This document shows, one piece after another, positions 10,227 to 16,809 of a stretch of 64,000 nucleotides of DNA; positions within the stretch are counted from its first letter, which is position 1; every line of letters begins with the position of its first letter. The stretch lies in contig CARUPR010000002.1 of assembly GCA_949077035.1 (NCBI GenBank), positions 91,447 through 155,446 on the forward strand. The letters run 5' to 3'. Under the pieces are notes generated by a model, which worked only from the letters and a program-made list of their open reading frames with translations, did not search any database and was not told where the DNA came from. The DNA comes from an uncultured Eubacteriales bacterium. Its GTDB lineage: Bacteria > Bacillota > Clostridia > Christensenellales > UBA1242. The position numbers and the translations under genes are program-made.

Positions 10227-10279
10227 ATTTAAAAAAAATTTGTCATTAATTTTTTTGCAGCAAAAATTTGTTATTATAT

Positions 10280-10308
10280 TTGACAATTTTAAAAGAGAAT
10301 GTTAAAAT
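10280..10308 (+). promoter_or_regulatory. Consensus promoter with extended -10
   Basis: TTGACA 10280-10285, 17-nt spacer ending in TGt, TAAAAT 10303-10308. Confidence 0.55.
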
Positions 10309-10332
10309 AACTGAAATTTGAAGGAGAAAAAA

Positions 10333-10560
10333 ATGCAAGAAAATTTCCCACCAAGACGTCCTATTCCGCCAAGACCTGTTTTGCAAAAAGAGCAAGAAAG
10401 GTTGAATGAATTAAATCAACAAGAAAAGAAAGTTGAAATTGAAGAAAAACCAAAAAGACAACCTTTAAATGACCAATCAAAATCAATTATTTTTGGTCTT
10501 TTGGGTGGCTTTGCTCTTCTTGGTGGCATTGCAATTTTGATTGTTATGCTTGTAATATAA
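10333..10560 (+). CDS. Small proline-rich protein with C-terminal TM anchor
   Basis: AAGGAG SD before ATG 10333. PPRRPIPPRP N-terminus, a charged middle and a C-terminal hydrophobic helix. Confidence 0.5.
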   Translation: MQENFPPRRPIPPRPVLQKEQERLNELNQQEKKVEIEEKPKRQPLNDQSKSIIFGLLGGFALLGGIAILIVMLVI

Positions 10561-10602
10561 GCCAAGCTGTAAAATCAATTTTTATATTTTTTAATTTTAG
10601 AA

Positions 10603-10639
10603 ATACCAAAGTTTTAAAAACTTTGGTAATTCTTTTTTT
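10603..10639 (+). terminator. Intrinsic terminator
   Basis: TACCAAAGTTTT pairs with AAAACTTTGGTA, followed by a T-run. Confidence 0.65.
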
Positions 10640-10834
10640 AATTTATAAATTTATTTTCATTATTATTTTTATTTTAATTTAATAAGAGATTTTTGTTAAG
10701 AAAAAAGTAAACATTAAAACAATCATTAAAATATATTTTCTATAAATTAACCTTATTTATATTTTTGTTTTAAAATCGACAAATAAAAACAAATATATTT
10801 TTATTACTTTTTAATAGAAGGCAATCATTTTTAT

Positions 10835-11293
10835 ATGAAAAGGTTGATTGTTTTTATTTTTATTGCAATATTAATGCTTGGTATTGCCTTTGTCAAAGAT
10901 GCTATGCCAAAGGCAGAGGGTTATGATAGAGCGGTGATAATTTCAAAGTATGCCGGCCTTGGTCTTGAAGGTGAGGTTGTTGAAAGTGGGAATGATTTTT
11001 ATTATTTTGTCAATAAAAATGTTTGTGAAAGTGCCATGAAGAATTTGTCAAGTGAAAAGATAAGTGGGGTGGTGTTTTATTATAACAATAAATATAATTT
11101 AAATTATTTCGCTAAAAAATTTGATTATAATCTCACCAAAAAGACCATAGTCGAAAATCGTGAGGTCTATTATGGATATGATAAAAATTATTATGATTTT
11201 AGAATAATAGATGGGAAAAAGGTCAATTTTCAATTGGCTTTTGATGGAAACAACTGGATTTTGGGTTATCCAATGATTATATTAGGATTTTAA
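10835..11293 (+). CDS. Hypothetical secreted protein (possibly YwmB-like)
   Basis: Signal peptide. The C-terminal ...NWILGYPMIILGF recalls the end of YwmB/DUF1779 proteins, which often sit near spoIID/spoIIQ; weak. Confidence 0.4.
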   Translation: MKRLIVFIFIAILMLGIAFVKDAMPKAEGYDRAVIISKYAGLGLEGEVVESGNDFYYFVNKNVCESAMKNLSSEKISGVVFYYNNKYNLNYFAKKFDYNLTKKTIVENREVYYGYDKNYYDFRIIDGKKVNFQLAFDGNNWILGYPMIILGF

Positions 11294-11347
11294 AAAATTA
11301 ATGTATAAATATTTGCAAACTGTCAATAAATTTCTAGGAGGTTTACA

Positions 11348-11911
11348 ATGGAAATAGAAAAAAGAAATAGGTTTGTTGAATTTGTAAAAAAATATGGTAT
11401 GTTTGTGGTTGTTGGAATTGTTATTTTTGCAGTTGCTTTGACATTCACTTTAATGGCAACAATTGGCAAAAGTGTGCCTGCAAGCAATACTAATCTAAAC
11501 TTTAGATTGCCTATGAATGAAGCCAATATCATCAAAGACTTTTCAAATACAGAACTTCAAAATAATGAAACTCTTAATCAATGGGAAGCTCATTTGTATG
11601 TGGATTTTGCTTCTGAAAATTCAGATGTGTTTGCTGTCCTTGGTGGCACAGTTTCAAGTGTTGAAAACAAATATCTTGATGGCTATACAATCACAATCAA
11701 ACATTCTAATGGTTTTGAGTCAATTTACTCATCATTAAATGAAAATATGCTTGTGAAAGAGGGCGACAAAGTTTCGGCAGGTCAAAAGATAGGAACTGCT
11801 GACAACACTGCAGAAGGCGAACTTAAAATGGGCAATCATCTTCATTTTGCAATGAAATTAAATAATAATTTTGTTGACCCAAACAATTATTTAGATTTGC
11901 AAGAAAAATAA
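11348..11911 (+). CDS. Membrane-anchored M23 (LytM-type) peptidase, SpoIIQ-like
   Basis: N-terminal TM helix; HxxxD (HLYVD) and HxH (HLHFAM) zinc motifs; GDKVSAGQKIG loop; GGAGG SD. Lies next to spoIIID as in clostridial spoIIQ-spoIIID. Confidence 0.8.
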   Translation: MEIEKRNRFVEFVKKYGMFVVVGIVIFAVALTFTLMATIGKSVPASNTNLNFRLPMNEANIIKDFSNTELQNNETLNQWEAHLYVDFASENSDVFAVLGGTVSSVENKYLDGYTITIKHSNGFESIYSSLNENMLVKEGDKVSAGQKIGTADNTAEGELKMGNHLHFAMKLNNNFVDPNNYLDLQEK

Positions 11912-11999
11912 ATTCTGATAATTAAACTTTTAAGTTGTCATAATTACTTATACAAATTCAACTCCTAATAAATTTGCGGCAGAAATTGTCGCATTTTTA

Positions 12000-12028
12000 T
12001 TTACATATTGAATAATTTATGATATAAT
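12000..12028 (+). promoter_or_regulatory. Promoter of acpP (extended -10)
   Basis: TTTACA 12000-12005, 17-nt spacer ending in TGa, TATAAT 12023-12028. Confidence 0.55.
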
Positions 12029-12044
12029 TGTTTATGGAGGTAAT

Positions 12045-12281
12045 ATGAAAACTATCGACACAGTAAAAAAAATAATCGCTGAACAACTTTGTATATCAAC
12101 AGATGATATAAAAGATGATGCAAATATTCTTGAAGATTTGGGCGCTGATTCTCTCGATGTTGTTGAGCTTTTAATGACTTTTGAAGATGAATTTAATGTT
12201 TCAATTCCTGATGATAGACTTGAAGAATTGAAGACCATTCCTCAAATTGTCAAAATAATAGATGAAAATGTTAAAAAGTAA
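12045..12281 (+). CDS. acpP: Acyl carrier protein
   Basis: LGADSLDVVELLMTFEDEF with the phosphopantetheine-attachment serine motif (DSLD); 78 aa; GGAGG SD. Confidence 0.9.
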   Translation: MKTIDTVKKIIAEQLCISTDDIKDDANILEDLGADSLDVVELLMTFEDEFNVSIPDDRLEELKTIPQIVKIIDENVKK

Positions 12282-12305
12282 GCTAATAAAGGCTTACTTT
12301 TTTTA
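12273..12305 (+). terminator. Intrinsic terminator of acpP
   Basis: GTAAGC (12278-12283) pairs with GCTTAC (12292-12297), followed by T7. The stop codon lies inside the stem. Confidence 0.7.
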
Positions 12306-12380
12306 AAGATAGAAGAAATGTATGAATAAATTTTTATGGCTGCAATAAAGACAGCAAAGAAATAATTGTTTCTTTATGTT
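12305..12380 (+). repeat. Terminator-adjacent dispersed repeat, degenerate (2 units)
   Basis: AAGATAGAAGAAATGTATGAATAAATTTTT and GCAATAAAGACAGCAAAGAAATAATTGTTTCTTT resemble the CAAGATAGGCA..GTG(C)TTTTTT units at 56053-56205 and 38568-38640. Confidence 0.4.
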
Positions 12381-12458
12381 TCCACTTGAATACAAATTTC
12401 TACAAATTATGACATAATTCTTTTTGCCTACACATAGATTTAAAGGGTGGAGGCAGAT

Positions 12459-12707
12459 ATGAAAGAAGATTTAGTTGAAAGGGTGCTTGAGGCATCAGAA
12501 CATATCATAAAAACTCATGATACAATAAGAAAGACGGCTGAAATTTTGGGTTATAGTAAAAGCACCATTCATAATGATGTTTCAATAAAACTTAAATCCA
12601 TCGATTATGATTTATATTTGACAACAAAAAAAGTCCTTGAAGAAAACTTTGCTCAAAAGCACATTAGGGGTGGGCAGGCAACAAAACTTAAGTATTTGCA
12701 TGAATAG
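12459..12707 (+). CDS. spoIIID: Sporulation transcriptional regulator SpoIIID
   Basis: Strong match to B. subtilis SpoIIID: ..IRKTAEILGYSKSTIHNDV.. (HTH) and ..KHIRGGQATKLKY. GGTGGAGG SD before ATG 12459. Confidence 0.9.
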   Translation: MKEDLVERVLEASEHIIKTHDTIRKTAEILGYSKSTIHNDVSIKLKSIDYDLYLTTKKVLEENFAQKHIRGGQATKLKYLHE

Positions 12708-12789
12708 ACCTTAAGATTATAAAAAACTTAAGTGATAGAAATTTTAATAATTTAGTTTTATAAAGCATAGATATAAAAAGAGGTGTTTA

Positions 12790-13440
12790 ATGAAAAAATT
12801 TCTTTTGGTATTTATGCTTGCAATTTTATCTATATCAATGGTGGGCTGCAATAAAAAAATTAAGATTGAAGATTGTTTGAGCGAACAAACAAAGGTTTAC
12901 TTTAAAGCTCAAACAGATGATGTCAAAGGCACAATCTGCATTGGTCAGAGGGAGGAAAACTTTATTTATGATGGCAATCACACAAAGAATGTTGATTTTA
13001 CTTTGATTACTTTAAAATTTAAAGTTCAACCAACAACCAATCAAATAGATGTGAAATTGAAGGTGAATGAGCAAGAAAAGAATGTGTTGTTGGAATTAAA
13101 TCCAATGGACCATTCCTATATGGCAGATTTAGGTTATGCTTTGAATGAAAATGACAAAATTGCACTAAGCTATCAAGATTTAAACTTAAATTTTGAAAAT
13201 TTAAGCAAAAACTTTAAAATTCAATACAATGATGCAATAAAAATAGCCATAGATGAATTTGGTGATGATTTAGACAGTTTTTATGGCAAAGGAAACTTTG
13301 AAGGTGAATGTTATTTGCAGGTTTATGATTTTAATAAAGACGGAAACCTTTATTGGCTTTTTACAATAATTGGCAAAAATAAAAAGGTTAAGAATGTTGT
13401 AATTGATGTAAAAGATGGCTCGATTTATTTAAAATTTTAA
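12790..13440 (+). CDS. Hypothetical lipoprotein
   Basis: Signal peptide with lipobox SMVGC; AAGAGGTG SD. No recognisable family. Confidence 0.6.
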   Translation: MKKFLLVFMLAILSISMVGCNKKIKIEDCLSEQTKVYFKAQTDDVKGTICIGQREENFIYDGNHTKNVDFTLITLKFKVQPTTNQIDVKLKVNEQEKNVLLELNPMDHSYMADLGYALNENDKIALSYQDLNLNFENLSKNFKIQYNDAIKIAIDEFGDDLDSFYGKGNFEGECYLQVYDFNKDGNLYWLFTIIGKNKKVKNVVIDVKDGSIYLKF

Positions 13441-13554
13441 CAATAGATAGAAAACAAAAAATAAACTAAATTAGACTAAAAACACAGAAAATTTGCAAAA
13501 AAATAAGATTTTTAATTAAATTCTTATAATTTTGGATATTTTTTGTGTTTTTTT

Positions 13555-13654
13555 TAACATAAGATAGGCAAACGCAATGTGAGTGCTTTATTATGTGCGC
13601 AAGAAATAAAATGTTCTTTTTGTGAAACATTGCGAGAACTTTCTTTTTTAATTT
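13555..13654 (+). repeat. Dispersed repeat family, 1 good unit plus 2 degenerate units
   Basis: AACATAAGATAGGCAAACGCAATGTGAGTGCTTTATT (13561-13590 core) closely matches the units at 41416-41460 and 60071-60118. It is followed by ..GCGCAAGAAATAAAATGTTCTTTTT and ..GCGAGAACTTTCTTTTTT. Confidence 0.65.
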
Positions 13655-13665
13655 TGCTTAAAAGG

Positions 13666-13693
13666 TTGACATTTTATCGGGGGGGGGTATAAT
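13666..13693 (+). promoter_or_regulatory. Consensus promoter with a G9 homopolymer in the spacer
   Basis: TTGACA 13666-13671, 16-nt spacer whose last 9 nt are G (13679-13687), TATAAT 13688-13693. Confidence 0.55.
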
Positions 13694-13728
13694 ATAGGAA
13701 ATGAAAGTAAAGGAGCAAAAGAGAAGAA

Positions 13729-14256
13729 ATGAAAAAAGCACTTAATGTAATGTTGGTTTTATGTTTAATTTGTTGCGGTTTTATGCTTTCTGCGTGCGGT
13801 GGCAGTCAACCTGGAAAACTTAATTTTAATTATGAATCAAATAGGACAAAGATGGATTCTAATGCTGAACTTGATTTGTATTGTGATGCTGAAATATTTT
13901 TAAATGTAAAAAACGATACAAAAGATACTGTTACAATAGTTAAAGACAAATTTACATTGAGTTTTATTGCACCTCATTGGGTAAGTTATGGCCTATATAA
14001 TGTAAATTTTATGGATGTTGTCTATGTCGACCAATCAATTATAATGAAAGATAGCATGGGAACTGAAATTTCATCGTATATAGATTTAGAATCAGGGAAA
14101 CAAATATCTGTTCTTTTAAAATTTACAGATGATAAATTAATTTATGATTCTTTTTATACTGTGAATAGTCCACACATTGAAGAAATGTATAGGACAAAAT
14201 TTGAATTGCGATATGGAGAAAAAGTGATTTGGGAAGGCCTATTGAATAAAATATAA
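13729..14256 (+). CDS. Hypothetical lipoprotein (candidate phase-variable)
   Basis: Signal peptide with the canonical lipobox LSAC followed by GGS. No recognisable family. Confidence 0.6.
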   Translation: MKKALNVMLVLCLICCGFMLSACGGSQPGKLNFNYESNRTKMDSNAELDLYCDAEIFLNVKNDTKDTVTIVKDKFTLSFIAPHWVSYGLYNVNFMDVVYVDQSIIMKDSMGTEISSYIDLESGKQISVLLKFTDDKLIYDSFYTVNSPHIEEMYRTKFELRYGEKVIWEGLLNKI

Positions 14257-14276
14257 AAAAAATACAAAAATAAAAA

Positions 14277-14320
14277 GCATTTGAAGTTTTGAGGTGTACC
14301 TCAGTTTTGAATGTTTTTTT
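14277..14320 (+). terminator. Intrinsic terminator (imperfect stem)
   Basis: TGAGG/CCTCA core stem plus an outer CATT/AATG pairing, followed by T7 (14314-14320). Confidence 0.5.
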
Positions 14321-14341
14321 GTTGTTTATTGTGATTAATAT

Positions 14342-14370
14342 TTGCGCTATACGAAATTATATGTTATAAT
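14342..14370 (+). promoter_or_regulatory. hflX promoter (extended -10)
   Basis: TTGCGC 14342-14347, 17-nt spacer ending in TGt, TATAAT 14365-14370. ATG 14377 is 6 nt downstream with no SD. Confidence 0.5.
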
Positions 14371-14376
14371 AACATC

Positions 14377-15480
14377 ATGAAAAGTAATATTATAGAAAAA
14401 GAAAACGCAATAGTTGTTGTGGTTGCAGTCAAGAAAGAAGATAATATTGAAAGAAAAACAAAGGAGATAAATCGCCTTTGTTATTCTGCCGACCTTAATG
14501 TGATTGATAATTTTTATCAAAAGGTGAAAGATTTTAATAAGAGGACTGTTATTGGGACGGGAAAAGTTGAGGAAATAAAAGAGTATATTGCTTCTTGTGA
14601 GGAAATAGTCGATGTTGTGATTGTTGACTATCCGCTCACAGGTTCTCAAATGAAAAATCTTGCCGATGAATTTAAAACAAAGGTCATTGATAGGGTTGGG
14701 CTTATCATTGATATTTTTGCACGAGGTGCTAGGTCAAGAGAGGCAAAATTGCAGGTTAAACTTGCACAAGACCTCTATCTTTTGCCAAGGCTTTCTCAAA
14801 TGCAGGGGACAAGTGGCAGGTTTGGAAGCGCTGGTGTGGGCATGAGAGGTCCGGGTGAAACCAAGCTTGAGCTTAATAGGCGAATATTAGAACGTGAAAT
14901 GGATAATTTAAAAGCACAAATTGAAAAAATAAAAACACAAAGGCAGTCAACGCGAAGAGAAAGACTGAAATCAAATCTTCCTAAAATAGCCTTGGTAGGT
15001 TATACAAACTCTGGTAAATCATCACTTCTCAACACTTTGGTAAAAGAGAATATATATGCTGATGACAAGTTTTTTGCCACCTTAGATACAACCACAAGAA
15101 AGCTCTATTTAGGGGATGGCAAATATGCCGTGCTTACAGACACTGTTGGTTTTATTTCTGACCTTCCTCATCAACTTGTTGACGCATTTTCTTCAACTCT
15201 TGAAGAGGCAGCTGATGCCGATTTATTATTGCATGTTGTGGATGTTTCCCTTGACAAAAATATTGACGGAAAGAAGGAATTTGAAATCAATATGGCGGTT
15301 ACAAACAAGCTTCTTGATGAGCTTGGTGCAACACAAAATAGAATAGTAATTTTAAACAAATGTGACTTGTTGGCAAAGCCAACGGAAATAAAGGAAAACC
15401 AAATTTTATTATCAGCAAAAAAAGGGCAGGGATTAAATCGTCTGCTTGATATGGTGAAAAATAGACTTAATTTAGATTAA
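14377..15480 (+). CDS. hflX: GTPase HflX
   Basis: HflX N-domain (DRVGLIIDIFARGARSREAKLQV, GPGETKLE) and G-domain motifs GYTNSGKSS, DTVGF, NKCD. Confidence 0.9.
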   Translation: MKSNIIEKENAIVVVVAVKKEDNIERKTKEINRLCYSADLNVIDNFYQKVKDFNKRTVIGTGKVEEIKEYIASCEEIVDVVIVDYPLTGSQMKNLADEFKTKVIDRVGLIIDIFARGARSREAKLQVKLAQDLYLLPRLSQMQGTSGRFGSAGVGMRGPGETKLELNRRILEREMDNLKAQIEKIKTQRQSTRRERLKSNLPKIALVGYTNSGKSSLLNTLVKENIYADDKFFATLDTTTRKLYLGDGKYAVLTDTVGFISDLPHQLVDAFSSTLEEAADADLLLHVVDVSLDKNIDGKKEFEINMAVTNKLLDELGATQNRIVILNKCDLLAKPTEIKENQILLSAKKGQGLNRLLDMVKNRLNLD

Positions 15481-15490
15481 TTAAATTAAA

Positions 15491-15721
15491 TCATTTCTTA
15501 TTTAAATTATTGTAAGTTTCATTTAATTTTTCAATTAAGAAATCAACATCAACTTGGTGCACATATGCGGCTTCTTCAATTGTTTCTTCCATTCCTAAAT
15601 GGCAAAAAATACAATGCATACCAAAGCCCATAAAGATATCACCCAAACTTTCATCAAGTTTGATGACATCATCAATTATCATATCTTTGGTGATTGGTTG
15701 TTTTAATTTATTCTTTTTCAT
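15491..15721 (-). CDS. DUF1858 / hybrid-cluster-protein-associated redox disulfide domain protein
   Basis: FGMHCIFCHLGMEETIEEAAYVH motif typical of DUF1858. Start moved to ATG 15721 because the listed TTG 15739 lies upstream of the -10 box inside the promoter. Confidence 0.65.
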   Translation of the reverse strand: MKKNKLKQPITKDMIIDDVIKLDESLGDIFMGFGMHCIFCHLGMEETIEEAAYVHQVDVDFLIEKLNETYNNLNKK

Positions 15722-15727
15722 AGTTTG

Positions 15728-15756
15728 ATTATAGGACAAAATTTAAAAATTGTCAA
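15728..15756 (-). promoter_or_regulatory. Perfect consensus promoter (TTGACA-17-TATAAT) on the minus strand
   Basis: On the minus strand: TTGACA 15756-15751, 17-nt spacer, TATAAT 15733-15728, then 6 nt and ATG 15721. No SD. Confidence 0.6.
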
Positions 15757-15817
15757 AAAAAATAAATAAATTTTTAAAATAAGTTCTAAATCAAAAATTA
15801 TAAAATAAATTATTACT

Positions 15818-16519
15818 ATGGAAAAGATAAGCAATATAATTTCAAAAAAAGTAATATCACTTGATAATGCAAATCAGGTGGGATATGTTGTCAATGTAAT
15901 TTTTGACGAACGTGTAAAATTTTTCACAGGTCTAATCATTATTGATGATGAAAGTGAAAATTCTTTTGTGCTGCAAAGGGAAGATATTTATTCAATGGGT
16001 GATGAAACCATAATGATTAAATCGGCAGATTGTCTGCAATATAATATTTCAAGCACATCAAACAATCCAGTTGGTAAAACTGTTTATGATAGTCATGGAA
16101 ATTGTTTGGGCAGGGTTTGTGATGTTGAATTAAGTGGAAAGGTGGTGAAAAAGATTATCACAAACTTTTGTGAATTTCCTCAGCGTTTTGTCAGAAAATC
16201 TGGTGATAATTTTCTGATTTATGGAATTTATAAAAAGGAAAAAGAAAAATCATTTAAAGAAAAAGTTGAAATTGCAGGTGCGGCAAATTTGCCAAAAGCC
16301 ACTATTGCTCAAACTTTAAATGGTGAATTTGTCAGACCAGAAAGCCCAACCAGAATTTTTGTCAACTCAAATCTTTTGCTTGGAAAGGTGATAACAAGTG
16401 ATATTTTTGGGTTTAATAATGAGTTGGTTGCCAAGAAAAATGATGTTATAAGTAAAAAAATTATAAGCAAAGCTAAAGCACATAATAAGCTAAATTTGCT
16501 CAGTTATTATAGTAAATAG
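15818..16519 (+). CDS. PRC-barrel domain protein (two PRC-like segments)
   Basis: ISKKVISLDNANQVGYVVNVIFDE and PVGKTVYDSHGNCLGRVCDVEL resemble YlmC/YmxH-type PRC barrels. Confidence 0.45.
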   Translation: MEKISNIISKKVISLDNANQVGYVVNVIFDERVKFFTGLIIIDDESENSFVLQREDIYSMGDETIMIKSADCLQYNISSTSNNPVGKTVYDSHGNCLGRVCDVELSGKVVKKIITNFCEFPQRFVRKSGDNFLIYGIYKKEKEKSFKEKVEIAGAANLPKATIAQTLNGEFVRPESPTRIFVNSNLLLGKVITSDIFGFNNELVAKKNDVISKKIISKAKAHNKLNLLSYYSK

Positions 16520-16530
16520 ACAAAAATATT

Positions 16531-16570
16531 AAAAAAAACAGCGATTTTATTGAATTTTCGTTGTTTTTTT
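16531..16570 (+). terminator. Intrinsic terminator
   Basis: AACAGCGA (16537-16544) pairs with TCGTTGTT (16558-16565) with one G-U pair. Flanked by an A-run and T7. Confidence 0.6.
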
Positions 16571-16809
16571 ATTTAATTTTGCTTTTATTTAATTTAAAAA
16601 ATTCAAATTTTAATTGTCAAACTTTTTTGTCTGTTTATTAATTATTATATTTATATATAAATAATTATATTTTTTATTAAAATATTTGTTTAATCGTTTG
16701 TATTTTTGATGTGATTTGTAGTAAAATAAATGTGAAAGAAATTTTGAAAACTTTATTACTATTTTACTGAGTTAATTTTCTTTGCATTGTTTGGTTAAGT
16801 GAGGTGGAA

